Positions 10,424-25,400 of a stretch of DNA of 64,000 nt are shown piece after piece. Positions within the stretch are counted from its first letter, which is position 1, and each line of letters starts with the position of its first letter. The position numbers and the translations under genes were made by a program. Source of the DNA: Sphaerodactylus townsendi (lineage: Eukaryota); NCBI RefSeq assembly GCF_021028975.2, contig NC_059430.1:44206001-44270000 (forward strand), given 5' to 3'. The notes beneath the pieces were generated by a model that saw nothing but the letters and a program-made list of their open reading frames with translations, was not told the origin of the DNA and did not search any database.

Positions 10424-13400
10424 AAATTTGCTGAGGAAAGCAACCAGGGGTGGTTTGGCCTCTGTACTCCTGCTATGGTCTTTAGGAGTATTTGACTGGT
10501 TTTGTCTGTTAAGTGCGTCAGATTGTTTCCGACTCATGGCTATCCTATGAATCAGTGTCCTCCAAAACGTCCTATTATTAATAGCCTTGCTGAGGTCTGG
10601 AAAACTGAGAGCCCTGACTTCCTTTATAGAGTCAATCCATCCCATGTCGGGTTTCTCTTTTCCTGATGCCTTCAGCTATTCCTAGCATTGGCCCCTTCCG
10701 CATGGGCCAATAAACCTGGGCTAACCATGGGATAAAACCCATGTTGGGGAGGAACTTCACACGGATCCTGCTCCTAATGCTAATGCACTCCACTCCCCGC
10801 CCCCCCCCCCGGGTCATAATGCAGATTGCAGCTGCTTGCTGAGTGAAAAGGTTTTTTAAGGTCCTCCCTGTGCAACTACGCAGCATGGGAGGTGAGTTGT
10901 TTTTTTAAAGACACACCTCTGTGCGAAGGCATGACAGCAGCCCGCATTGCTTCCATGGGCTCCAGTCGCCTGCAAGGAGGCATGCGAACAGGATAGGAGG
11001 GAGAGCAGATTCCTTTATCCCACCTGCAACCCTCTCTCCCGGTGCTGTGCAGAAAGGGTCGTTGCCTTTTTGAGTGAGTTTTGCCTTCTCATAATGTGAT
11101 CAAAGTATGATAGCCTCAGTTTAGTCAGCTTCTAGGGACAGTTTAGGCTTGATTTGATCAGGTTGACCACTGGACTAGATGAATCTTTGAACTCAACCCA
11201 AAGCACTCTTCTTAAATTATTATGACAACGTAGGGTTAGTTTATGTGTTCGAAGATTTAAACTGCATTGGTTTAGCCTGGAGTAAGAATTGCATTGGTTT
11301 AGCCTGGAAGTTCCCTCAAGAAGGATCTGATTTCTTCTAAACTTAAATGATGGAGTATATATCCTGTCTGATTTGGGCCATCAGTTATCTTCCATTTTTA
11401 TGTCACTAATTTTTCAATAGTATAATAAACCAAGAATCTTTATGCAGAACTGAAAAGGCTTGAGGTAGTCTTGTGATTTATACAATGTGTGTAGCCAGGC
11501 TTAACATTTATTTGAATGTAAATCTATATAATAAATAAATTGATAATATCTTAAAACAAGATAATCATATAAAAAGGAATAATGTTTTTTCCACTAAAAA
11601 TGGACATGTAACCGATTAGACTGGTATAGGACTCTGGCACTCCAGGATATGGATCATACTCCCCATCAGCCCCCTGCCAGCATGGTCAATTAGCCATGCT
11701 GGCAGGGGCTGATGGGAATTGTAGTCCATAACATCTGGAGTGCCAAAGGTTCGCCACCACTGCACTAGGAAGTATGCCAACTAGTTTGTTAGGCAACCTT
11801 GCATTATTCAGATAGGAGGTATAGGAGGCCATAGTTATTACCTTTCTCTGTCTCAGACCTTGGGCAGCTGCTGCCAATTACAGAAGACAATATTGAGCCA
11901 GTTAAACCAATAGTCTCACAACATTAGTCATCTTCAGATGTTCATAGAGACTCAAATATGCAGTTCATAGGGACTTAAATAATGTACAGTCCTCAGTGGT
12001 CTGCTGTCCATCAGATTATAGCATATTGGTCTAGTTTGTAAGGCGACAATACGCTATGTTTGAATTACCTTCATGTACTTTTAGGATGCTGTATTAAATG
12101 GACATAATGATTTTTTTGACCTACCTGTAATAATTTTTGCTATATTGGCAAATTAAAATATCAAAATTGAGTTTGATATCATATGGGCATCCTCTTTTGT
12201 GATAACTCTCTTCCTCCTTGTTATATTTGTGTTGTAGTATCATGGGAACTGTAAGTAAAATTTAAGAATTGTATTGTTTTAAAATCATAGCGGACATTGT
12301 CATTGGTCCACAATGTCTGTATTTGGTTCCATTATCTTTGCTTTCAGTTTTCGAACAATGCAAGTGAACTTACTTTCTATTTTGTTTTGCTTTATTTCAG
12401 GATGAGGATCCCTTTGACCCATGTTTAACAGAAGAGCTTGAACAGTGTGCATTTTTAACAGGTCTATATATTTTTGTTCCTTGCAGTAATCATGAACTGC
12501 AGGGGATATAAGCAAGTCTAATTTGCATGTCGCTGGAACATGCCAAAGTCCATTTTCTGTTCTTCATGGTACTTTATATCCCAGGAACTGGTTTACCTCC
12601 TCAGAAAGTTACATTCAGCATCATGCATGAGGATATCATACCATCAAAATGAATAGTGGAACTTTCTTTTTGTTGCATCGTATCAGTATACAAACTAGTG
12701 CAAACAATTGCTTTGTTCAGACATCTGCCTAGCATTGGTTTGAGATGAGCAAAACCACTCTCTGCAGATAATGTGTAGCTCTAGCCCTGACAAATACTTG
12801 TCTGAATTGCCCTAAAAGAGCTTATCAAAATGAAGAAAGATTAATTCAATCAAAAATCAAGCTTTTGAAAACAAATTCTGCATTTGCTTTGTTAGCATAA
12901 CTTTGTTGCCTTCAGGCAGGTTTAAATATTACTCTGGCATATTGGACAAACTGGTTGTGGTGGGTTTTCCAGGCTGTGGCCGTGGTTGAATCCGGTTGTG
13001 AAAGCCTTCGGCAATATATAGAATAGAATAGAATAGAATCTTTATTGGCCAAGTGTGATTGGACACAAGAATTTGTCTCCTCGTATATGCTCCTCAATGT
13101 ACATAAAAGAAAAATACATTTGTCAAGAACGCTAGTACAACACTTAATGATTGGTCATATAGATCTAATACAATCAGGAAGTTCAATAGTAACGAAACCA
13201 TAAAATGTAAATTATAAAATAAAATGAAATAAAATGAAATGAAATGTCAAAGCACAGGCTAAGTAGTCATACAGCTGCATAAATGGGAGGAGGATGGGTA
13301 ATAGGGAATGATGAAAAAAGTGTGCAGTAATTATATAATAAATGGCACAAATAGTTTAACATTATCGAGGAAATTATTTGTTTAACAGAGTGATGGCATC

Positions 13401-16400
13401 TGGGAAAAACTGTTCTTTATGTCTAGTTGTCTTGGTGTGCAGTGCCTCTGTAGCTTAACGCTTTTTAGAGTGGGTAAGAGTTGGAAACAGTTTATGACCA
13501 GGGATGCAGCAGGGTCGGTAAATATTTTCACAGCCCTTTTTTTGGAATTCTGCAGTATACAGGTCCTCTAAATGGAAGGTGCAGGTTAGCAGCAATTCTC
13601 GTTTTTTCTGCAGTCTCTTGATTATTCTCTGAAGTCTTGTGGCTCGATCTTGTTGGGTTGGGTTGCAGAACCAAACCACACAGTTATAGGATGGTGCAGA
13701 TGACAGACTCCAATGATTCCTCTCTGTAGAACTGTATCAGCAGCTCCTCAAGTGGGCAGTTTGAGCTTCCTGAGTTGGCGAGAAAGAACACATTCTTTTG
13801 TTGTATGCTTCTTTTGATGACATTTTTGATGTTAGGTGACCATTTTAGGGTCATATGAGCATTATGATGGAGCCTAGTGAAATTTAAAAGGTCTCTACTG
13901 TTGATACTGTGTGCTTGTCTAGTATTGTGAGAGAGAGGTAGGATGGGAGGGTTTCTCTCCTGAAATCTACCACCATTTCTACGTTTTGCCTTAAGGGTGT
14001 TCAGTTCTAGATTGGTTCCAGTGGCACCACTCTAGTGCTAGCTGTTCAACCCTCCGCGCCTGTATGCGGTTCTCATCAAGAAAACCAAATGAGACCAATC
14101 ACTGTTGTATCATCTGCAAAACTTCAGTATTTTAACAGATGGATCAAGCTTTTGAGATGCCAGCCATTGGTATACAGAGAGATAGAGAAGTGGGTGAAAG
14201 TACACAGGCCTTGGGGGGCCCCCCTGTCGCTCATTTGTACAGGTGTCTGATGTAATTTTTTCCTAGCTTCCTCATTCCGTTGCTCGCTTCCTATCTGTTA
14301 GGAAGCTTGTGATCCACTTCTACAAATATGCTCTAGGTACTGCTAGCTGATTTTAGTTTGGTTAGAAGAAATGTCCGGGTATGATAGTGCATTGGAATGC
14401 TGAACTAAAAGTCGAACAAAGAGGACCCTTGCATTAGGTCTTGATGGCCATTCAAGATGCTGTAGGATATAGTGCAAAGCCATATTAACAGCATCATCTG
14501 GTCGATCTATTTGTTCTCGGTATGGCGCAAATTGCAAGGGGTCCAACAGTGGATCCCAAGTGGATGGCTTTCTCAAAATGGTACATCACCAGCCTTTCAA
14601 AAGTTTTCATAACTACAGATGTTAGGAGCAACTGGTCTGTAGTCGCTTCAGTTCCTTTTGATGGAAGGCTTCTTCCGGCACTCGGGATGTGATAGTGGAG
14701 TGTTTGAAGCAGGAAGGAACACGATAGCACATCCTCTTAGTGATTTGTTGGAAGATTTGGGTAAAGATGGGGGCCACCTTGGACAGCACAGACTTTTAAG
14801 CAAGAAGGTGTTATCTTGTCTGGGCCTGGTGCTTTTCCCAGGCTTCTGTCTGTGAGGAATAGGATCTTGCACTTCCTTTTCTGAGATCACCAGGGGTGTG
14901 TAAACCCAATGAAATGGGTGCAGTTGCAGGAAGTTCTTGGCTATTAAGTTGGTGCATCTGGAAATAGAGGTTGTGGGAGAAAGGTGACTGTAGATTATTT
15001 TCAAACCTACAGTAGAACACACATTCAGGTCAAGGTCTGGCCAATTGCTGGATCTCCCCTTCAGCTTGGGAAGGTGGTTTGCTGTAACCGGTGATATTTT
15101 TTTTTTTTGGAGAGTTTTCCACATGTTTGCTGCTCTCGCTTTGGTGAAAACTGATTTTTAGCTTTTCAGAGTAGTTTCTTTTGCTGCTCTGATCTCCTTT
15201 GTTAATACATTTCTGGCCTGATTATACAGCATTCTATCACCTTTTCTGTAGGCCTCTTCTTTGGAACGACGTAACTGCTTAAGTTTAGCTGTGAACCAAG
15301 GTTTGTTGTTACTATATATACGCAAGTTCCTGGTTGGTATACAAAGATCTTCACAGAAGCTGACATATGATGTTACAGTATCTGTGAGTTCATCCAAAGA
15401 ATTGGACAAAAAATATTGGACAAACATTCTGTGTGGCTGGATTATGTGCCATATTGTAACAATTTTACAGAGGAAGCAGAAAAGATAGATAGATGACATA
15501 ATTATTTTCAATTAGCTGTGTACTTTAACAAACTCCTGAGCACAAGACAGTGATGGCTGTTCCCCACCCCCTTATGTCATAGATTCCTTTTGTGATCACA
15601 TTTTGCCACGAACCACACAGATTTTACTGGAATATAACTCAGGACGATGGGTGCCAAGGCTTCGTGAACCTCGGGATCTATATGGGCTGTCTCCTGCAGG
15701 GCACCTGCACCTAGTACGCTGGCCCCACCAATATGAAGTTATCAGAAAGAAGATAGAGCATATTGGTAAATGATACAAAAAGTTTGTTCTGAGATATCAC
15801 TTTTGTGGGTACATGTCAAAACAATACATTACTAATAATTTCTACTGCAAAGTGTTTTATAACCTTTATCTCACTCAGTGGTGCTGCAGCCTGTTAACCA
15901 ATATGTGCTTGATTAAGCATCTAGCTTTTGATCAGAGCATTAATTAATAACCTTGAAATAAATTTACATTTTACAAAGTGTTTTTTTAGATACTGAAGGA
16001 AGATCAGGAGGTTACCTTCCTTGTTATAAACAAAGACTATCTTTAATAACAACAAGCAATAAATAAGTGTGCCCTCAATTTTCTGTTCACTTTGTGTAAA
16101 CTAATAGAACAAGAACTGAAAAACTTGGGTTCAAATCTCACAGTAGTTTGCCAACCAAAGAATAAAGGTAGAAGGATGATCAATATATGTTTTCTCAGCT
16201 CCTAGGAGAAAGGTGAGACAAAAAATAATGAACTAAAATGAAGAGCACAACCTTTTTTCAACGTAAGAATTCTGATTATTGTTCTGTCTGTCACATTTTT
16301 CTCACACCTCTTTACAAAGCCCTTGTGAAGTTAGGCTGAGAAACAGAGGTCTCACAGTACGTAATCGTTTTATCATTTTTTGCACTCTACTTCACTGATT

Positions 16401-19400
16401 GACTGAATACGCTTTCTCATACCTGTAACCTACCCTGCCCCTTGCATTATTCTGTTTTGCCAGGAATCTTTGCTGTTAGATTCAAATATTTTTACTATAC
16501 TTTTTAAGTCACTTGCTGATTGACTGAATAGTTATGATAATATTTGTTATTCTCCTTGAGACCCAGGGAGAAAGGGAGACACCTGCAGTTTTTGGTCTTT
16601 CTTCTGTTTGTTTTATTCTGTTGGCAGTAGAGGACTCTTTGAGCCCCATCCAAAGGATGGGGGCCAAATCCACTTGTGGGAGCGATGTACCACCACGCTG
16701 GCAAATTACCCTTCCTGGGGCACTTACCTTGGTGGATGGATGATTTCACCAGCGGGGATTCCCCCAGCACTGAACGGTGGTGCAAGACACTATGCCAGTG
16801 TCCCAGGACCCCTGCTGCCACCATAGTGGGGGTGGGCCAGGGGCGTGGCCAGGGGAGGAGCCAACTTTAGTCAGCTCCCTCCTGGCCTTTGCCAGTGTTA
16901 TGCTGGCAGCCCGTACTGCTGTCTTAAGCCACCCTTTGAAGCGGCATAAGTCCATTAAGGGCCATAGGGGCTTTTTGGCAGCAGGGCAGCTTTTTCACTT
17001 TTTGAGCCTCCCCATGCAGCCAGGAAGCCTCTTTTGGGGCCGTGGCAGGGCATGGTGCTGCAGCCAGGCACCTGGCTCTTGGATGGGGCTGTCTGGCCCA
17101 CTAAAAAGCGAAATGAGAGTGCTACCAGAATATGTGAAAGAGAAAGCCTTGTTCCTTACAAACTTCCATATGAGGAAAGCAATGGCTATTGTGAGGAAAC
17201 ATCATTTTATTTGGGATGTCATGTTGAATCTTAAAATACAGCAAAAATTATTACAAATGTACTTGTCTTTCTCCCTGGTATTGGGCACAAATTCTGTATG
17301 GCTGGATTATGTGCCACATTGTAACAATTTTACAAAGGTAGATAGATAAATGACATTATTTTCAATTATGCCAGATAAATTAGCTGTGACGTTTAACAAA
17401 TTGTCCCATGCTGACACCTTCTAGCAGAAAAACACCCTGCCTTTTGTTAGAATAATGATGGAAAAATGAGTGTATTTAAAAGGAATATTAAACAGCTTCT
17501 GGTATTAAAAATTTTCACTGAAATTCACCAGCACTGTATTCATAGTCAACACTAACAAACAGCGCTAGGACAATTACAAACAAGCCTAAAAGATAGCTAA
17601 TTACTTTGAACTTGAAAGGTAGAACAGTAGTGCAAAATTTGAAAGGAGCCACCACTGCAAAAGTGGTGGTCATCAACCACTTCACTTAAGAAGGTGGGAG
17701 CACAGAGTATAGGACTTGAGTTGCTGATCTTAATTGGCCAGCTGGCTGATGTGGGAAATGGCTGTCTATTAAGGCACCTGGTCTCACATTTTAAAGATAT
17801 TATGACTGGAAACAAATTAACGGCCAGTGTAGTTTATTGTCATTATATATGTACTTCATTGAATAACCTAGCTGGCACATTTTACAATAATGCTGAAAGA
17901 TCTTCCAATAGGTTGAGAATAAGGTTGCCAATTCCAGCTTGGGAAATTCCTAAGATTTGGAAGTGATTCCTGAGAGGGTGGACTTCAGAGAGGGAGGGAG
18001 CTCAGTGAGAACATGATACCCTAAAGTCTTGCTCTGAAGTTTCAGTTTCCTCCAGGTAAATTGTTCTTTGTAGTCAGGACACTAGTTGTACTTCAGAAGC
18101 GTAGCTGGGCCATACTGCGCCCGTTGCATATTCTGTGTTTTCCACCACCCCTGCTCCCCTGCGGGTTATTCTCCACACACATCTCATTCTCCTTGGTCTT
18201 CAGCTCTCGGAAAAATCAGTGGGAGCCTGTTCCTTCAGGTTAGTATAGGCCTCGGTGGGAACTACACTTCCCAAAGACCTTGGGGCTTTCAAGGTCTCCT
18301 GGGAAGTATAGTTCCCACCAGGCCGTTTTCAGCCTGAAGGGAACATGCCGCTTCTCCAGCCTGCACTGTTTCAATAAGGTAAGTGTGGGGGCAAGGGGGG
18401 CATCGTTGGGGAGAGTGGGGTGCCACGGGGGATGATTTTCCACACACCCCAGACATGTGCTCAGTGCAATGTGCCTCTGGTAGCTCCGCCTCTGTTGTAC
18501 TTTCAGGAGAGCTGCAAGTCCTACCTAGAGGTAGGTAACCCTAGCTGAAAATGAATTCTGTTGCATTTGAGGGCAGCTTGGCTGTTGTTTCCCTCCTGTT
18601 TCATCAGTATGCTCTTGACTTCTGTGCTGCCTCTCATCGCATGAGGATGAGATATGGAATACGACCTTTAGAATACCACATCAAAGTTGCCACTTCAATT
18701 TTTTACAAAAAGATTTCTATCCTTCATGACTACACACATGAAATAAATAATATCTTGCATGTCCAAGAGGCACTATCAGTATGTCCAATTCTTAACATGG
18801 GACCATCTATGGATACATACATCTTGAGAATGGGGTCATGAACAGACAAAACATGTCTTCCCTCAAACCTGAGACCACAACCATGCTGCCAGTCTTCAAG
18901 CCATGGTTTCTGTTAGTAAGATGCAAGGGAAGTGGGTAGGAACCCTTTTAGGGCAGTTTTGACCTTTTAGGGAAGACTCATTGGGGCCAGCCTAGCATCA
19001 ACCATGAAGCAAGTCCTGCCTGCTGACTGGCATGCATCAACCAGGCCCAGCTACTTGCTACCATAAATAATTAATCTATATAAAAATGAAGAGGGGGCAA
19101 TTAAAGTTGGTGGGTGGGAAGATGAGAAGGAAGCTGAAAAAGGTAATATGTTGGACTGTCCCCACGATAGTGTTGGAAGTGGAGGACTTTGCACGGTTTC
19201 TTAAAGTCAGACTTCAGAGAGGAACTTGACTAGAGAATCAGAGATAAAGGCACTTATCCTTTTTTCTATAGCTCTGACAGTATTTTCAGGAAACTTCCTC
19301 GTTTTTCACACCTCCCCTCACACGCACCCTTCTTCATCTTGCAACCATGAGGTCAGAAAGCATGTCCAGTATCTCTCTCCATTCTAGTTGCTTAGACTAG

Positions 19401-22400
19401 ATTTGGAAATTATATTTACTCTTATCCTACCCAAAAATATCCTATCAAGTATATTCATTTAAGTGGACAGAAGGCTCTGAGTAGTTTTGTTCCTGGCACA
19501 CACAGAGAAACTAGATGGACTTCGTTCTGCACAACAGCTTTTGAACTCTCTACTAAATTATCAGGTTATAGAAAAAATCTAGCAAATAATTTATCTTTTA
19601 CTCCTGAAGAAAAGAGGAACTATTGTGGCGAGGAGGGTATAGTGAAAAATGAGGTGCCTCCTACAAATCCTTGTGGGTTCTCCAGCATGCAACTGAACCT
19701 AGCCTGAGAAAAAAGGAAGCAGGTAAAAGGAAGAAAGAATGGAAGAGGGGGAAAAAATGGATGCCCGCTTCCCCTGCTGTTTCTTCTCTCCTCACAGACT
19801 CTATAGACACTCCCCAGTTCCTGATTTCTTATCTCCTGCCCAGCAACTTAACTTTATCTATCCATCCCCCACCCCATCTTCAGCTTTCCTCCTTCAGTTT
19901 TAAAACTGATTTCAGTATCATCAGTTGCTTGACATTAAAGCCTGAAATATCATGGGTTGGATCCTAAATAACCCCAAATATAGTGAGTGCAAAGGGAATT
20001 TGTTGTTCTTATGGTCCTGTCAGCAAGAGGGCATCTTTTCCTCATAAAATTACATCATTGCTCAATTTTACTTTTTTGTCACAACTTTTGGTGATGATTC
20101 TGTATAGATGTAATAATACTATTCTACTGAAAAATGAAGTAAACTGGTTTTTAAAAAATTAAACAATTAAATTAAACAATTTATTCTTTTTCAGACTGGA
20201 CTCCCAATGAACCAGAACCATTATATAACCCAACAGGTCTGGAAATTGAGCCACTCTGTCTGGAACCTGAAGGGGGTGCTGTTGTCTATCTAGCAGATGA
20301 AGGTCTGAGCACAGTTTACTCTTGACTGCATGCAAATAAGAGGATTTTTCAAATAGAGAAGCAGTTCTCAGGCGTTAGCATCCAAAGATCTCATTTTGAT
20401 TTTTAAAAAATTCACAGTCACTTCTTTTGACTGGCACCCATTGCATTGTAAAGCCCATTTTCAAAGTGTGTTGCAAGTTGCATATAACCCACAGAGCCTC
20501 TGTGGCTTAGTGTCCTCAGAAGAGCACAGAAAGGGCCCTGTCAGCTACGCTAGTTTAAGAGGACTGTTTTTATTGTTTGTAGATGGACTACAGGGTCAGG
20601 TTTTAGAAGTCTGATTAGCATGAATTGACTGCAAAGTTCTGTCAATTTCTTTTACTAATTTAATGTATGCACAGGACTAGAAAAATCGTGATAGTGGCAT
20701 ATATTCTTTCTGCAAAGTTTGAAGCCCTTCTCTAGCATAAGGAGCCGCTTAATTTAAAAACTTCAGCCAGTCCAAAGACTCTTACACTAGATTTATTGAG
20801 TAAAATACAGCCTGTGTTTCTCTGATCCTGACTTTTACTGAAAAACCTATTGATACCCTGGTCATAAATATATGAATTTAAGGTGTGTTTTTTCAGTGCT
20901 TCTTTTGAGAAAAGAAAACTGTGAATTTAGAAGATAAAGTGTATCACAGTTTCTTTCTAAATGTATCCTTTGCTTCAGAAAAGAATACATCTAAAAGCTA
21001 TAAATAGTCTCTTTGCACAGATTTTTTTAGATGTATTGCCATTCATAACAATCATTGTATACTGTGTTCCTTTGACTAGCTAACAAGGATTCCAGCTTTA
21101 TGTATTCCCGAATTGGAGGGAGATTTCCTTCCAAGCAAGTGCTCCCTCAATCATTGGAAGACTGGGACAATACTTTAATTTTTGAAGCACGGTTTGAAAG
21201 TGGGAATCTGCAAAAGGTAGTCAAAATGTAGGTAGATCATTAAAACTGGCTACTGATATTTTCCAAAATTTATCCTGGCATTGTGAGAAGCATTTTGACA
21301 GGTCTTGAGTAATAGTTTGAAAACATGGATCAGGATCCAGATACTTGCGAATATTTGCTGGAGTGTCTGTTGTTTCTGTTTATTTGTACCCACCCTTCTT
21401 GCCCTGGAGTTTCTAGTCATTCTCCCGTTCATCTATTGTCCAGGCCCAGAATTATTTTCCAGTATGGAACTACATTAAGCACCTGTGGGTATTTATCCTG
21501 AGGGAGGTGGGAATATTTGATGCATTTGATTTCCGCAGCTTTCTGTGTGCAGACCACATAAGTATCCAATGCTTTAGTCTGTTCAGTAGATATTCAGCCT
21601 TTACAGAGGATAATTTAACCTATTTGTACCACTGCATTCTCTTAAGACAACCAAGAATTAGATCTGTATGGTCTACTTTAAAATACAAATATATCAATAA
21701 ACAATTTCCAAATGAATTGGTAAGGGGAAGTAACAGGTTACAGAATCTACACACAAAAATAGTGACAGAAATTTGGCTTTAAAACAGATTCAGAATACAG
21801 AATGTAGCATCAAATATGTATCATATAACAGTGAATGAATGTCCAACTATACAGTCTAAACATCTTTTTATCCTTTCCTCATGTAGCAGTGATTTTGAGT
21901 ACCAGCTGACATTACGTACTGATCTATACACAAACAAGCACACTCAGTGGTACTACTTCCAGGTTACCAATACCCAAGCAGGAATGCCCTATCGTTTTAC
22001 AATTGTCAACTTCACCAAACCAACAAGCTTGTATAATCATGGTATGCGCCCATTGCTGTATTCGGAGGCAGAAGCAAAGAACCACAATGTAGGGTGGCAG
22101 AGGACAGGTGATGGAATCAAGTATTACAGAAATAATCTTGGTCAGGATGGACGCCAGTTTTTTTCCCTCACTTGGACATTCCAGTTCCCTCATGACAGGG
22201 ATACCTGCTACTTTGCCCATTGCTATCCTTATACTTACAGCAACCTGCAAGACTATCTGTCAGCTATTGCCAGAGACCCGAAGAAATCCAGGTTCTGCAA
22301 GATCCGCATCTTATGCCAGTCCCTAGCTAGAAACATTGTCTATGTTTTAACCATCACCAATCCTCTGCAAGACTTTCAGGAGGAAAAACGCAAGGCAGCT

Positions 22401-25400
22401 GTGATTTTGACAGCCAGAGTTCACCCAGGCGAAACAAACAGCTCCTGGATGATGAAAGGCTTTCTGGATTATATCCTGGGGGATTCAGACAATGCCCAGT
22501 TGCTCCGGGACACCTTTGTGTTCAAAGTAGTGCCGATGTTAAATCCTGATGGTGTCATTGTGGGCAATTACCGCTGCTCTTTAGCAGGTAGGGATCTGAA
22601 TCGAACCTACAGATCCGATCTCAAGGAATCTTTCCCTCCCGTTTGGTATACCCGGACCATGATCAAAAGGTAAAAAGGTAACACCATCTCTCCTCTTCTC
22701 TATTTAGTATAGCTACTGGGGTTTTTTATGTGAGCTTGATATATTGATATGCCTCCAATATTCACCATATTCCATTTTATTTATTGATGTTACTTTATAG
22801 ATTATGGTATTTTGGTGCCCTTTGAGCATTTTTAATATTGTGAAGGTTTTGTGACTGTCTTATGGAATAGAAATGTCAACATCCAGTAATAAGCTGGGAT
22901 TTTCCTTTGAAACAGGATCTTCTTCCTTCTGTTAATCGTGTTTGTATATGATCATAATTTGGGTGTCTGCAGACGTGGAGAGGGTATTTTATGCCGTCTT
23001 GAGAAGAGGCAGCATAGTAATGTCCTATATTAATTATGTAATTCAAATAATATTTGCTTAAGTGGAAAGAAGATTTAACTGGTGGCTAGGAAATGCAATT
23101 TGCCCTGCCATTGTAGTCAGTGGAATACCTTACTAATGATCGTTGGAAACATGAATATGCCTCCAGCAATGTATCCTTGGCCTAATCTGAATGGCCCAGA
23201 CTGGCAAAGTCGGCCCTGGTCAGTACTTGGATTGGAGACCACCAAGAAATACCAGGGTTGATATGTAAAAAAAGGCAATGGCAGACCAGTCTCTTGAAAA
23301 TCCTACTGGGTTGCCATAAGTTGGCTGTGACTTGACAGACACACTATCCTTTAAAATCAGGAATAGCTGCAGTGTCTATTTCCTATAATTGCTTCCTCTA
23401 ACCAAGGTATCTGAGTTACAGTAACCAAAGTTGTTCATGTATAATCATTTTCTTTCTTCTCAAAGAATAATGGAAGAACGTGATGTTCTCCTGTATTGTG
23501 ACCTTCACGGTCATAGCAGGAAAGAGAATGTCTTCATGTATGGCTGTGAAAAAAGGGAGCATCAAGAAGAAGGGACAGTCTTGCACCAGCGCATTTTTCC
23601 TTTCCTAATGAGCAAAAATTGTCCAAATAAAGTAAGATAAACTTCTAACTTTATTACATAATTTTACTACGTTGAAAGAAATCTCTGTCTGTCATTCAAA
23701 GTTTGCTAAATCATGTAGCTAATTTCTCAGCATTTTTGTTGCTCTAAAATCATACTACATATGCTATGTTAGCATCTTAGGGCATACGACTATAGCAGGG
23801 TCTCTGCAGAGAGCATGTGTGCATGTGAAACAAAGTTTCTGACTCATGTTAGACAGCAGCTCTTGAGAGAGAGAGAGAGAGAGAGAAAGGAAAATCCTGG
23901 TGATTTTATATGCTGCTGCTGCTTCTTCTATTTTATCGCGTACGAGAACCAGGCTAAAACTTCTTCTAAGGAAGTTTCTATCTTATTGTGTATCAATTAT
24001 GCACATTTGAAAATTATAGTTTTTGAAAAGAGATTCTTCCAGCGTAATTGACAATTTGAAGAACATGTGTTAGAACAGGTCAAACGTTTCCGGTACCTTG
24101 ACCTCTAATTTCATCACTCGCTGGTCAGCTCATAGCTTCATCATTCCTTGGAAAGCAGACACCAGCCAATCTGCCATCTTACATTTTTCTATTCAATGGG
24201 TGGCCAATACATTCCAGCTGCCATTAAAGTATATAATGCAAGGACAGTTCCTCAACTGCTCTATGGCACACCAACTTGGATTCTAGGAGCAACAACTGAA
24301 TTGGAGGTCTTACAGTTCACATTTTAAGGGCTTTCCTTCAGTCCTCTAGATGTGTCCCAAATGCAGATTCTTAGAAACAGGGGTGCGTCCTGTATTGACA
24401 TGTTTTTGGTGCTGAAATACTGGCTTAAGTTCATTTTTAACTTGAGTTCAGGACTTATTATGAGTCATAAGGCAGTATAGCTTCATCATTTGTTGCTCCA
24501 AATGGAATGTAAAGCTGTCTTGATCGGAGTATCCTCTTCATTTTCTTTTGCACGTGGACTATGACACTACCCTAAGATCAACCAATCAAAGACTGAGGGA
24601 TATTGCCTATTCAGAACTATGGTACCTTGCTTGTACTTGTTTCCCCCCCTTTTAATTGGCATCACATTTAATTGCTCCTTTCAGATTGCTGAGTATTTTA
24701 AGAACCTTAAGGTTCCTAAGTATCACATCCTCTTTGCTGAGGACAGATCCAAAGTATTACCCGCTGAAATGCTCCACAGTAGAGTCACAGGTATTTCTTA
24801 CATCTCTACACTATGCCCCTGCTGTAAAAAGTACATGAATATTCATAATATCTCTACAGCACTTTCAACACCTATGGCTTTATACAGAATGACATAAAAA
24901 CAGGTGTCTGTCTCACACCGGTTATTGTCTAGGGCTGCTTCTACATGTGGATTTTTCCTCAATGGAAAGCAGGAAGCTCCCTCATTGATGGAGAAGATCT
25001 GCATGACGTTGAGTTTATTTGGCACACAGTTTTGTGGCATTCATAGGACTTACCCCTTTAAACTGGATTAAAAGCAAACTTCTTTTAATCCTGTTGAGAG
25101 GGGAATCTATGAAGTAACTGCAGAGCTACATTTCAAAGCTTGTAAAAATATCAAACACTTCTATTTTTCTCTCTGCCTCTGTGTCAGATTATGCTATGAT
25201 AGACTCAGTATCTTTGTCATGTCCCTCCCTCTGTATACAGTGCATAGCTTCACTTAATCATGGTATGACATTGTCACATGATGCATTTCCTTTTCCACAC
25301 GTACACACTTTTCAACATCCAATGAGGTGGTGGGGCATGGTGTGCTGATACCATCCATAGGGAAGTGAAACTGTAGAGGGAGAATTTGACATGGGAAGGT

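Noticed and set aside
16777-17349. 190-aa ORF
   Set aside because: Runs through a GC-rich MITE into intronic sequence; no coding signature
21816-21886. ATG at 21816 as the start of a single-exon carboxypeptidase
   Set aside because: The first 71 nt are intronic; the exon starts at 21887 and upstream homologous exons exist
23200-23260. 5S rRNA gene
   Set aside because: Only a short degenerate 5S-like segment fused to a SINE tail
24030-25060. Old LINE (RTE-X-like) 3' fragment
   Set aside because: Suggestive but too degraded to assign a family or boundaries by eye
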